In this document: piece by piece, positions 9,885-19,146 of the stretch
Layout of the letters: every line of letters starts with the position of its first letter
How positions within the stretch are numbered: the first letter of the stretch is position 1
From: a virus
DNA: 64,000 bases
Virus record (IMG/VR): IMGVR_UViG_3300044641_003190
Span: 10,535 to 74,534 of that record
Direction: 5' to 3' (one strand)
Notes under the pieces: generated by a model
Seen by the model: only the letters and a program-made list of their open reading frames with translations
What the model was told of the DNA's origin: nothing
Database searches by the model: none
Position numbers and translations under genes: made by a program

Positions 9885-9890
9885 TTAAAC

Positions 9891-10445
9891 ATGACACTAA
9901 GCTTCACTAACTATAGCACAGTACTGCAAGCAAAATTAAACGCAGTAACTTCAAGCACAACTCCGCAGGACTTGTTGCTTATATCAAAGTCTGTACAAAC
10001 TACCGTTGGAAACATTGTGGTAGCAGATATCCAGTCTACTGGAGCATCTCAGGTAGCGCTAGTTCAGTCAGCAGGTACATCACAAATTTCAGCTGTAAAC
10101 TCAGCAGGTAGCACAAAATTAACAGAACTTCAGAATTACTACAACTCAGTAGTTTTGGGGGCTCCAGCCGCTCTAGATACTTTAGATGAATTGGCAGCAG
10201 CTCTCGGAGACGATGCAAATTTCGCCTCCACAGTAACAACCGCCTTAAATGGAAGGATCCAGAAATCGACCCTTACAACGAAAGGTGATATAATTGTTGC
10301 AAGCGCTTCATCAACACCAGTTAGAGTTGGAGTAGGTCAGAACTCATATGTTTTGACTGCAGATTCTTCAACAGCAAGTGGAGTTACATGGACTCGTGTA
10401 GCAGATAGCTCGACAAAAATTTTAGCCCTAATGGGTGCATACTAA
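9891..10445 (+). CDS. Fibre protein, N-terminus paralogous to 8892..9800
   Basis: GAPAALDTLDELAAALGDDANFASTVT tail-fibre motif; TTKGDI.VA..../VLTADSS...G..W module. Confidence 0.75.
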   Translation: MTLSFTNYSTVLQAKLNAVTSSTTPQDLLLISKSVQTTVGNIVVADIQSTGASQVALVQSAGTSQISAVNSAGSTKLTELQNYYNSVVLGAPAALDTLDELAAALGDDANFASTVTTALNGRIQKSTLTTKGDIIVASASSTPVRVGVGQNSYVLTADSSTASGVTWTRVADSSTKILALMGAY

Positions 10446-10480
10446 GCAAAGTAGTATGAGAAAACAAGGAGAATAAATAA

Positions 10481-12916
10481 ATGCCATTAACAAAGACAGC
10501 GGTTCTAACAGGACCTCAAAGAAGTAATTACCTAAATTTCTGGGGACATGGAAACACCCTACAGATGAATGACGGTACAGAAATATTTCTGTTCGGAGGA
10601 AACGATACTGGTATCGATCAATTTGATTTCCCTCTTGCGTATAAGATCAATTTAGTAGCAAACGGTCTAGAGAATCAACCACTAGCTGTTTCTGAGATTA
10701 CGGTGGCTGGTCACGGACAAATGACTCTCCCAGATGACTACTCTACTGGAATGATACCAATAACAAAAGACAACGAAGATAATATTTACTTTGCAACAAT
10801 GAGTGGAACAACATCAACCGATTCCACAAGCAGCTGGATTAACATTTATAAGATCCACGCACCAGCAGTTGGATGGAGAAGATGGACAGATCAAACATCA
10901 TCTTCACAGAACGTAAATTCATTTTATTCTGAAGATATACAAATAGCAGAAACTGCAGTAGTTACAAATATTGATAACAACCACGCAAACGTACGTCATG
11001 TACCAAATTATGGTGGAGAAGCTAAAGTATTTCAAAATGAAATAATTGTAGAAAAGCTAAATTCATGGAGAAACTCTATGACATATACTAGCAATAGATA
11101 TATACAAAATATCACATGGTTTAGATCAAATCACATAGGTGTTTGGTGCTTCAACGACAGAACAAACTCTGCAGGAAACGAGTACTATACAGTACAAATT
11201 TTTGCGACAAAGAATCAAATGGCAGTTAAAGCAGATAGAATGTGGACAAAGGGTCAGTGGGTTTCATCTACAATCCTTCAGTACTACTCATTTGCTGGAT
11301 CAGCTACAACAATAGATGACTTCACTCAATTCGGAGCTGGAGAATATCAAGGAGCTTATGTTTGTGGGCAAACATATCAAAACTCATCTAACTCATATGT
11401 TGCTCACGTAGTAAATACATGGAGATTTATTCCAGAAACTGGAGTTCTAACTCCATACGGAACACCAATTGCTGTTGGAAACTCAAGTAATCAGTCAGGC
11501 AACCAACTTAGCAGTAGATTTCACAAAGGTTTCGGACACTTAATAACATACCTTGGAAGATATAACTCAAACTTCTATATGGCTATCCTGGGTCCAGATT
11601 CAGACAGCGGCTCTGATACAAATATTCGTGCCTATATATTAGGAACAAATGGAACTTCTACACTGTTCAATCCAAAGGTTTTGGATACAGTTACCTACTT
11701 CGTACATGATACGCCAGGTAATAGAGCAGCACAATACAGAATGAGACAATCTAACGATGAGACAAACACCAACGGTGGATACAGATGGGAAAGAACACTA
11801 CAAAACTGGACAGATTCTGGAAAATTAAGATTCTGGCAGTGCGGTAATGACCATTACTGGAACACATGGTACTTAGACATCGACTACACATTTGGAGCCA
11901 CAAACTCAATGACATTTTCTACTAACGGAGTAAGATTTAACGATATTCCTCAGTATGGAACATGGAACAGAGGAGTTGTAAGTACAATTAATAAGTATCC
12001 AACTAGAAGAGATACAAATATGTACGGTATAGTTAACCACGGAAGAATAGACGTTAATCCAGGATATACATCTACAATAAGCACAGTCAACGAAGCTTAT
12101 GTATTTATACCTTATGCCGCTGGGTCAAGAAATTCATGGTGGAACAAGTTAGTTTGTTACACATTGACAGATGATGGAATAACAACAGCAGCAGTAGCAA
12201 ATGCTTCTGCAGCCTTGATATCACCTACATCAACAGTAACTTCACTTCCAAAGGTTGGCGGAGTAACACTAAGATTTACACCAAACATTAGAACTGGTGC
12301 AACTGGAGGTAGCGGAACATCCTACTATGGATGGCCAACAAACGTACGTGGATTTAGATTGTCAGCAAATGACGGTACTACAACCACTTACTATAATGGA
12401 ACAACATTAGGGTCAACAGAAACTACAATTCCTTTCTACTTTAACGGTATCACTAGAAGGTCACATGAAGAAGTTGTTGTAGACCTTCCAGGAACAGCCT
12501 TTACAGCAGGACTAACATACACATTTAAAATAGCATTTGTTACAATGGATGGGTCTGTAAGTGCATACTCATCAAGTAACTTAGCTACAATACTATTCAC
12601 AGCCGCTCCTACAGCAAAAGACACTCCTACAGCAATAAGACTTGCTAGAGTGTTGACAGCTGGCAGCGCTGAAGCTCACATAGCAAGCGTAGATAACAAA
12701 GCTTTAGTTAACAGAATAAGTATTACTAATCCAACATCACAACAGGGTAAATTCTCTGTAAGAATTGGCGGATTCCCACTACTATCACCAACGGTTGTAC
12801 CAGCTGGAGGAACTTTACACATTGATTCATCTCACATAGTTGATCAAGGTGACAAGATTCTTGTTTCTGGCCCAGTCGGTGGAAGCATTTACATCAGCGG
12901 AACGGAAGGTATCTAA
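10481..12916 (+). CDS. Large virion protein with a C-terminal fibre-adaptor-like beta-sandwich
   Basis: Aromatic/Asn/Thr-rich beta-type body; C-terminal RLA....LVNRISITN...VPAGGTL......GDKI...ISG.E domain; RBS AAGGAG. Confidence 0.6.
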   Translation: MPLTKTAVLTGPQRSNYLNFWGHGNTLQMNDGTEIFLFGGNDTGIDQFDFPLAYKINLVANGLENQPLAVSEITVAGHGQMTLPDDYSTGMIPITKDNEDNIYFATMSGTTSTDSTSSWINIYKIHAPAVGWRRWTDQTSSSQNVNSFYSEDIQIAETAVVTNIDNNHANVRHVPNYGGEAKVFQNEIIVEKLNSWRNSMTYTSNRYIQNITWFRSNHIGVWCFNDRTNSAGNEYYTVQIFATKNQMAVKADRMWTKGQWVSSTILQYYSFAGSATTIDDFTQFGAGEYQGAYVCGQTYQNSSNSYVAHVVNTWRFIPETGVLTPYGTPIAVGNSSNQSGNQLSSRFHKGFGHLITYLGRYNSNFYMAILGPDSDSGSDTNIRAYILGTNGTSTLFNPKVLDTVTYFVHDTPGNRAAQYRMRQSNDETNTNGGYRWERTLQNWTDSGKLRFWQCGNDHYWNTWYLDIDYTFGATNSMTFSTNGVRFNDIPQYGTWNRGVVSTINKYPTRRDTNMYGIVNHGRIDVNPGYTSTISTVNEAYVFIPYAAGSRNSWWNKLVCYTLTDDGITTAAVANASAALISPTSTVTSLPKVGGVTLRFTPNIRTGATGGSGTSYYGWPTNVRGFRLSANDGTTTTYYNGTTLGSTETTIPFYFNGITRRSHEEVVVDLPGTAFTAGLTYTFKIAFVTMDGSVSAYSSSNLATILFTAAPTAKDTPTAIRLARVLTAGSAEAHIASVDNKALVNRISITNPTSQQGKFSVRIGGFPLLSPTVVPAGGTLHIDSSHIVDQGDKILVSGPVGGSIYISGTEGI

Positions 12917-12918
12917 TA

Positions 12919-13782
12919 ATGTCACTATCATATAACACAAATCAAGAACACCCACTAATGAGCATCTTGGGACAAAAACCAAAAGCCATTATTCTATCAA
13001 GCTCATCATGGATTGCACCAGCAGGTATCGACAAGGTATTTGTTGCAGTAATCGGTGGCGGTGGCGGTGGAGCAATGGGATTTACTGGCGCAGGATCAGG
13101 TGGCGGTGGTGGAGGAGCAGTTGTTCTCGGATACGTACACGTTGAGGCAGAAGAAACATATTTTGCTACAATTGGTAAAGGCGGAATGCCTGGTTACCAA
13201 TCTACCACACAAGCACACGGTAAAGTCGGAGGAATTACTAAATTTAATAACATCATTGCATATGGTGGATTAGGTGGAAGACAAGGTGCTGGTACATCAA
13301 CAACAGCTGGAATGGGATCTGGCGGAAACGGCGGTCTCGGACAAGGATGGGTATTTTACGATAAAGCAACACTAGGAACTATTGAAGCAACTGATGGTCA
13401 ATTTAACCTAGGAGTCGATCCAGGAACATCATCAATGCTATATCGTGGATCCATGAGAAATGGATATCCAGGAATTAGCGGAACAAACTCAGGCGGTGGG
13501 GGATCAGGAACTGGTATTTCAGAATTCCAGCAAAATGTTGGACAAAACCCTAGAGGTGGAGCTGGTATTACAGGTGGAGGACAAGGCGCACTATTTAACG
13601 GAGTATTTTATTCTGCAGGTATGGGTGGAGCTGGATTCCTAGGACAAGGTCAAGAACCACATGGAGAGTATTTCTACTTCGGAGGTGCAGGTGGACTCGG
13701 CGGTGGCGGTGGTGGAGCAGGTGGACCAACAAACTTCCCAGGCGGAGAAGGCGGCGACGGCGCAGTCGTAATTTGGTACTAA
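12919..13782 (+). CDS. Glycine-rich domain protein, putative adhesin
   Basis: W.AP.G...V.VIGGGGGG ... GG.GG.GAVVIWY glycine-rich domain signature. Confidence 0.7.
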   Translation: MSLSYNTNQEHPLMSILGQKPKAIILSSSSWIAPAGIDKVFVAVIGGGGGGAMGFTGAGSGGGGGGAVVLGYVHVEAEETYFATIGKGGMPGYQSTTQAHGKVGGITKFNNIIAYGGLGGRQGAGTSTTAGMGSGGNGGLGQGWVFYDKATLGTIEATDGQFNLGVDPGTSSMLYRGSMRNGYPGISGTNSGGGGSGTGISEFQQNVGQNPRGGAGITGGGQGALFNGVFYSAGMGGAGFLGQGQEPHGEYFYFGGAGGLGGGGGGAGGPTNFPGGEGGDGAVVIWY

Positions 13783-13793
13783 GGAGAATATAA

Positions 13794-14003
13794 ATGAGCA
13801 AATTACTAAAAACAATAATTAATGGAGCAGCAGTTTATACTGTTGCAACAGAGTATGAAGTAGAAAACTTTGATTCTATCATAAGTTTAGAAGAGGTAGA
13901 ACTTGTAGACTCAACCCCAGAATTGGAAGCTCTTGTATCAAGAGTAGAGGATACTGAATTGGGACCAATAACTTCTGACCCAGGCGCAGAAGAAGAAGCG
14001 TAA
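13794..14003 (+). CDS. Small acidic hypothetical protein
   Basis: AAGGAG RBS; last gene before the terminator. Confidence 0.6.
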   Translation: MSKLLKTIINGAAVYTVATEYEVENFDSIISLEEVELVDSTPELEALVSRVEDTELGPITSDPGAEEEA

Positions 14004-14021
14004 TAATTAATAAATAAATTT

Positions 14022-14049
14022 AAAGGCCAGTCGAAAGACTGGCTTTTTT
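14022..14049. terminator. Intrinsic terminator, probably bidirectional
   Basis: AAAGGCCAGTC-GAAA-GACTGGCTTTTTT between convergent genes. Confidence 0.85.
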
Positions 14050-14050
14050 A

Positions 14051-15019
14051 TTATAATTCTTTATCTAGGGTTAACCAAGATTGTATAAATTTATCTAAAG
14101 AATACTTTTCATTCATAAGTTCTGACTGATTTCCTGGGTTATAATTACCAGATCTTATCAGGCTTATTGACTTAGATAGATTTTCCGTAAGTATGTCTTG
14201 ATGCTTTTTATAATCATCTTCATAGTCGTATGATATTCCTATACCAGAGCCTATTTCTTCAAGGGCACCTAATTTAGGATATATTGTCACCATATTGGCA
14301 GAAATAGCTTCTACAAGAGAGATACAAAAAGTTTCTTTGTAGATTGATGGGTAAGCAAAAATATGTGACTCCTTTAGAAGAGTTAATACCTCACGCTTAG
14401 ATACCCTTCCATGATACTTTATGCCAGGATGATTGATATTTGAAGCATTTCCATGTTCATCAAATAAGCCAGGAACTCCATTACCAAGTATATTAAGTGT
14501 TATATTTTTATCACCTAGCTCAACAATTGAGTTCAACAATATTGTTAAACCTCTTTCTCCCCCTGAAGTCCATAAGAGCTTAACATTGTCTACATCATTA
14601 AACTTTTCCAGATCCTTTTCAACTGGGTCAAAAGTGTTGTGTATTACATGGACTAGGTTCTCATCGATCCCTATTTCCTTTATTATTTCATTTTTATGCC
14701 ATTCAGAAACTGCAATTATTTTCTTTACCTTTTTAATAAATTTATGTGACCTCATTAGAGTTAGGGTCTCGTAGCTAAATTGGGATGGTAGGTTATGTAC
14801 CCACATGATAATTTCTTTATCCTCATTATCAACATATTCCTGTAAAAGATTATTTCTACAACCAGGGACTATTACACAGTTATACTTTTTTATATTATTC
14901 ATTTTATCTAAAACATGGTTATGGAACTTTAAACCCATTCTTTCTGTTCCGCCATTTAATATAGGGTTATACTCGAATATATCTGGTACCTCATTTATCA
15001 TCTTTGGCTGACTCCTCAT
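14051..15019 (-). CDS. GT-B fold glycosyltransferase (GT4 / Glycos_transf_1)
   Basis: IAVSEWH, RGL..LL, YHGRVSK.E, HIFAYPSIYKETFCISLVEA (EX7E). Confidence 0.85.
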   Translation of the reverse strand: MRSQPKMINEVPDIFEYNPILNGGTERMGLKFHNHVLDKMNNIKKYNCVIVPGCRNNLLQEYVDNEDKEIIMWVHNLPSQFSYETLTLMRSHKFIKKVKKIIAVSEWHKNEIIKEIGIDENLVHVIHNTFDPVEKDLEKFNDVDNVKLLWTSGGERGLTILLNSIVELGDKNITLNILGNGVPGLFDEHGNASNINHPGIKYHGRVSKREVLTLLKESHIFAYPSIYKETFCISLVEAISANMVTIYPKLGALEEIGSGIGISYDYEDDYKKHQDILTENLSKSISLIRSGNYNPGNQSELMNEKYSLDKFIQSWLTLDKEL

Positions 15020-15212
15020 TATTATTGTTATTGTTATCTAGATTCATCTGCTTTACATATTTTTCAAGCATGTTCGCAGCTCTCTGGGATTGTCTTTTTT
15101 TACTAGAAGGCTTGGTAGAAAAATGAGAGTTGCTAGACTTTTTCTTTCTTTTCTTATTTTTATCGCTTCTTTTAGAAGCCCTAATAGATTTATTTTTATT
15201 ATTTTTTTTCAT
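14991..15212 (-). CDS. Small Lys/Arg-rich hypothetical protein
   Basis: Overlaps both neighbouring GT genes; very basic N-terminus. Confidence 0.55.
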   Translation of the reverse strand: MKKNNKNKSIRASKRSDKNKKRKKKSSNSHFSTKPSSKKRQSQRAANMLEKYVKQMNLDNNNNNNEESAKDDK

Positions 15213-15886
15213 TATGGTCTCGCAATCTCAAATCCAACTGATTTGTGGTGTTTAACTATTACTGAGGAATCCATCCATATTTCAAACCCAGCATCATTTA
15301 TCTTAGAGCAAAATCCTATATCCTCTGAACCATTTCTTCTATCAAAATAGTTGCCATCTTTATCTAAAAACTTTATGTATGGATTCCAAAACCATGGCTT
15401 TTCTAGTTTTTCTACTATTCCAGACTTCAAGCACATAAACCCCATGCCAGATGCCCAGATTTTTTGCATAGACCCACCACATTCATAAATCTCTTCTGGA
15501 GACATCAAGGTATAGTCTACTTCCCTATCCTTAATAATAGCAGCCTTATTCTTAAATACTACTGGGTATACCCCAGTTGTTACATCTTTTTCGGAGTTTA
15601 ATATTTTTATAAAATCTTTTACTTCCCAGCTTATATCAGAGTCTATCCAAAATATCTTATCGTAGGTATATTCACCATTTCCTGGGAATGAAGAATCAAC
15701 CAAACCATCATTAAGAGTTAGCTCTCTCGCCACAGAAACTATAGAGGAGTAGTTGTTTAAAAACTTCCACTTTATGTTATTTGAAGACAAGAAAGAAGTA
15801 GTCTGTAGTATGCTGTGAATATATTGGACGTCAAAAGACATTCCTGGTGTAGCAATTAAAACATCATAATGAGGTTTTGAAGACAT
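15212..15886 (-). CDS. GT-A fold glycosyltransferase-like protein
   Basis: LIATPG, FWIDSDI (DxD), GMGFM, SEDIGFC, G..IW.D..V.V.H.K; RBS GAAAGG. Confidence 0.75.
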   Translation of the reverse strand: MSSKPHYDVLIATPGMSFDVQYIHSILQTTSFLSSNNIKWKFLNNYSSIVSVARELTLNDGLVDSSFPGNGEYTYDKIFWIDSDISWEVKDFIKILNSEKDVTTGVYPVVFKNKAAIIKDREVDYTLMSPEEIYECGGSMQKIWASGMGFMCLKSGIVEKLEKPWFWNPYIKFLDKDGNYFDRRNGSEDIGFCSKINDAGFEIWMDSSVIVKHHKSVGFEIARP

Positions 15887-15905
15887 TATGGCCTTTCGTC
15901 TAGTC

Positions 15906-15919
15906 TATAGGTACCTATA
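15906..15919. promoter_or_regulatory. 14-bp perfect palindrome TATAGGTACCTATA, candidate operator or 5'UTR element
   Basis: Lies between the minus-strand -10 and the RBS of the GT cassette. Confidence 0.4.
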
Positions 15920-15932
15920 TCTTTATATATCT

Positions 15933-15961
15933 AGTATACCTATGTTGTTATTGCCTGTCAA
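15933..15961 (-). promoter_or_regulatory. SigA-type promoter TTGACA-17-TATACT driving the GT cassette
   Basis: Reverse complement of AGTATA(15933-38)...TGTCAA(15956-61); spacer is exactly 17 bp. Confidence 0.8.
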
Positions 15962-15973
15962 TCTAATTTGGGG

Positions 15974-15979
15974 TATAAT
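15974..15979 (+). promoter_or_regulatory. -10 element (TATAAT) of a divergent promoter for the third fibre cassette
   Basis: Followed by AGGAG RBS and ATG 15998. Confidence 0.5.
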
Positions 15980-15997
15980 TGAGGTTTAGGAGAATAC

Positions 15998-17557
15998 ATG
16001 CCAAATACCAGTAAAGGGTTTCCATACCCAGTAGCAATAGATGATCCAAATATCCCAGCAGATATACAGGCACTTGCACAGGCAATCGATACCCAGCTAA
16101 ATAACTATTCACAGACAACACATACCCATACTGGGGTATATGCTACATCAGCACATAATCATGATGGCACATATTCTTTATCAGCACATGTGCACTCAAA
16201 CTATTTAACATCTGCAGACCTAACTGGATATTCTCAAACAACGCATAACCATGACTCATCATATGCCACAACTGGGCACACCCACTCAACATTTATATCA
16301 ACATCACTAATTAGTTCTACAAAAGGCTCCATGCCCGTTGGGACTGGAACTGGTGTTTCTACAATAACTCCAGGAGCAAATGATTACGCTTTGTTATCAG
16401 ATAGCAGCACCGCCACAGGATTAAAGTGGGCATCTCTTGCAGCCGTTGGAACAGTAATACCTAATACATTTTCTAGCATAGCGGTTTCTGGACAGACTAC
16501 AGTTTCTGCAGATCAACAGGCAGATACCCTGACATTAACTGCTGGCTCTAACATATCATTAACCACAAACAATACTACAAATACGGTAACTATTACTGGA
16601 AGTAATTCTGGAGTAACAACACACGAAGCGGCAGCAGATCCACACCCACAATATTTAACAACAGCAGAGGCAAGCTCTGTGTATGAACAAATTGGAGCGG
16701 CATCACTAGCACAAACTGCAGCGGCAGCATATACAGATACAGCAATATCAAACTTAGTTAACTCAGCACCAACAACACTAAATACATTAAAGGAATTATC
16801 TGATGCTTTAGGAGGGGACGCTGCTTTTGCAACAACTGTAACAAATTCTATTGCAGCTAAGGCACCAATAGCATCTCCAACGTTTACTGGAACGGTAGCT
16901 GGTATTACCAAATCAATGGTAGGACTTGGAAATGTAGATAATACTACAGACGCCCTTAAACCAATTTCAACTGCTACCCAGACAGCACTTGATACCAAGC
17001 TTTCGTCTTCAACAGCTTCAACAACATATGCTCCAATTGCCTCACCTACTTTTACAGGGACAGTATCTGGTATTACAAAATCTATGGTTGGGTTATCAAA
17101 CGTTGACGATACTACCGATGCCAATAAGCCAATTTCAACCGCAACACAAACAGCATTAGATGCAAAAGCACCTCTGGCAAGCCCCACATTTACTGGTACG
17201 GTATCAGCCTCTACTGTATCTGTTAGTGGAAATTTAATATCACATATAACAATCAATCCACAAACAGCATCATATATTCTAGACATATCTGATGATGGAA
17301 AGATAGTTGAAATGTCTGTTTCAGCAGGAAATACAGTTACTATTCCACCTTCTAGCTCTCAAAATTTTACAGTTGGATCACAGATTATAATAGTACAATC
17401 TGGAACTGGTAAAACAACAATACAGCAGGGCTCTGGAGTAACAATAAATTCAAGAGGTAATGTAGCAACAGCTCCAGAACTTGCAGGACAATGGGCATCA
17501 TGCGTTTTAATATACCGTGGTTCCAATAGTTGGCTAGTTACTGGAGACATTGCATGA
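15998..17557 (+). CDS. Fibre protein with HxH repeats and tail-fibre repeats
   Basis: Five HxH motifs; H.AAADPHPQY; AP.TLNTLKEL..ALG.D..FATTV; duplicated VGL.NVD.T.D..KPISTATQTALD; C-terminal ...W.V.GD domain. Confidence 0.8.
   Translation: MPNTSKGFPYPVAIDDPNIPADIQALAQAIDTQLNNYSQTTHTHTGVYATSAHNHDGTYSLSAHVHSNYLTSADLTGYSQTTHNHDSSYATTGHTHSTFISTSLISSTKGSMPVGTGTGVSTITPGANDYALLSDSSTATGLKWASLAAVGTVIPNTFSSIAVSGQTTVSADQQADTLTLTAGSNISLTTNNTTNTVTITGSNSGVTTHEAAADPHPQYLTTAEASSVYEQIGAASLAQTAAAAYTDTAISNLVNSAPTTLNTLKELSDALGGDAAFATTVTNSIAAKAPIASPTFTGTVAGITKSMVGLGNVDNTTDALKPISTATQTALDTKLSSSTASTTYAPIASPTFTGTVSGITKSMVGLSNVDDTTDANKPISTATQTALDAKAPLASPTFTGTVSASTVSVSGNLISHITINPQTASYILDISDDGKIVEMSVSAGNTVTIPPSSSQNFTVGSQIIIVQSGTGKTTIQQGSGVTINSRGNVATAPELAGQWASCVLIYRGSNSWLVTGDIA
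16862..17161 (+). repeat. Duplicated 44-aa fibre module (about 16862-16993 and 17030-17161)
   Basis: APIASPTFTGTV.GITKSMVGL.NVD.TTDA.KPISTATQTALD occurs twice, with many synonymous differences. Confidence 0.85.
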
Positions 17558-19146
17558 AGCCAGCCTTACTAGGAGCATTATCTAAAAAACACGGAGTTGC
17601 AATTCTAGCAACTGGTGAAAATATATTAACAACATACAATGGTTATGTTTATCACACTTTTACATCTTCTGGAACACTAGCAGTTGCAGCACCAGTCACA
17701 GCAGAAGTTTTAACAATTAGCGGTGGTGGAGCTGGTGGAATGCACCACTCAACACTATACAATACATATGGCGGTGGAGCAGGGGGAGTTATTTATACTT
17801 CATCTACATCACTTACACCAGGAAACTATATTGTTACTGTTGGTAGCGGAGGCTCAACATCATATACAACAGTTGGCGTAAGAGGTGGTAATGGCACTGG
17901 ATCTACGTTTGGTTCATTGGGTGGCCCAATTGGTGGTGGCGGTGGTGGTTCAAGTAGCGGGTTAAGCGCATACGGTGGTACTAATTCTCAAGATGGTTCA
18001 ACTGGACAAAATGGTGGCTCTGGTGGTGGAGGTTCTCCTGCTGGCTCAGCAACAATAGGTGGTCAGGGTAATAACGGAGGACTTGGTGGTGGAGGTGGAG
18101 CAGGATCTTCAGCAACATCAACTTCTCCTGGAAATGGAACAACATTATATGCAGACTGGGCATTAGCAAGTCAAAGAGGAGTCAATTCATTTTTTGCATC
18201 TGGTGGAGGATCATCTGATTACATAACAGTGACTGGCGGAGGTGGTTCTGGTGGTGGACCTGCACCATGGGGAGGTGCTGGAGTTGCTGGATCAATTAAT
18301 ACAGGTTCTGGTGGCGGAGGAAGCGGAAAAAACCAAGATCAATACATAGGTGCTGGCCAGGGTGGATCTGGAATAGTTATAGTTAGATATCCTGGATCAA
18401 ATCCAAATGCTACTGTAGTAACTGCACCATCTGGAATTCCTACAAATACTTCTATACCAACAATAAGTGGAAGCGCATCAAGTGGATCAACTTTATCTAA
18501 ATCATCTGATGGTTCATGGACTGGATCACCAACTTCGTTTGAATATAAATGGCAATACTCAAATGATGGAACATATTGGGGAGACAGAAATTCATGGGGA
18601 TCATATTCAGATCGTACAATAGCAGCAAATAGCGTACAGTATTACCCTTGGCAATATTTTACAATGTATCCAAATAGAACATCATCATCTAACTCATTTC
18701 CACAATTTATGCAGGGCTCATCAGATCAAGGTTTGTACTACAGACTTGCAGTAAGAGCTATAAATTCTAACGGAACATCTGAGCCAGCATATTCATCATC
18801 GATAGGTCAAATACCATCAATTCCAATTTACACAGGAGGATCTTCTTGGGTAGGATCACTATCCTCTGGTTCAACAGGCTACGCCTCATTTGCAGGATGG
18901 TCAACCAGTTCACCTCAATGGATATTCCAATATTTTTATTCACCAACACCAACAGGATCACAAACCTTTACTCAAATTGGTGCTACCGATGCAAGTGGTA
19001 ACACTTTGCCAGGCTGGACAAATGGAAGAAATTATACTATTCCATCAGCAGCTAGATTTAATTATTTAGGTGTAGTACTATTTCCAATAGGTGGTAGTGT
19101 TTCTGGTGGTTCTGGTCCAAGAATAAATTTGGGGTACGTACCATGA
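17554..19146 (+). CDS. Glycine-rich domain plus Ig-like domain protein, putative adhesin
   Basis: YHTFTSSGT...L.I.GGG.GG...GGSGIVIVRY domain, then P.NT..PTISG....G.W.G.P..Y.WQ module; ATGA overlap. Confidence 0.7.
   Translation: MKPALLGALSKKHGVAILATGENILTTYNGYVYHTFTSSGTLAVAAPVTAEVLTISGGGAGGMHHSTLYNTYGGGAGGVIYTSSTSLTPGNYIVTVGSGGSTSYTTVGVRGGNGTGSTFGSLGGPIGGGGGGSSSGLSAYGGTNSQDGSTGQNGGSGGGGSPAGSATIGGQGNNGGLGGGGGAGSSATSTSPGNGTTLYADWALASQRGVNSFFASGGGSSDYITVTGGGGSGGGPAPWGGAGVAGSINTGSGGGGSGKNQDQYIGAGQGGSGIVIVRYPGSNPNATVVTAPSGIPTNTSIPTISGSASSGSTLSKSSDGSWTGSPTSFEYKWQYSNDGTYWGDRNSWGSYSDRTIAANSVQYYPWQYFTMYPNRTSSSNSFPQFMQGSSDQGLYYRLAVRAINSNGTSEPAYSSSIGQIPSIPIYTGGSSWVGSLSSGSTGYASFAGWSTSSPQWIFQYFYSPTPTGSQTFTQIGATDASGNTLPGWTNGRNYTIPSAARFNYLGVVLFPIGGSVSGGSGPRINLGYVP

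Noticed and set aside
9805-9888. 27-codon Lys-rich ORF (MKQKNKKTVSK...)
   Set aside because: No RBS, and it overlaps a consensus promoter; likely an A-rich UP-element region.
16862-17161. Repeat pair as a DGR template/variable repeat
   Set aside because: Differences are mostly synonymous rather than adenine-specific, both copies are in frame in one gene, and no reverse transcriptase is in the window.
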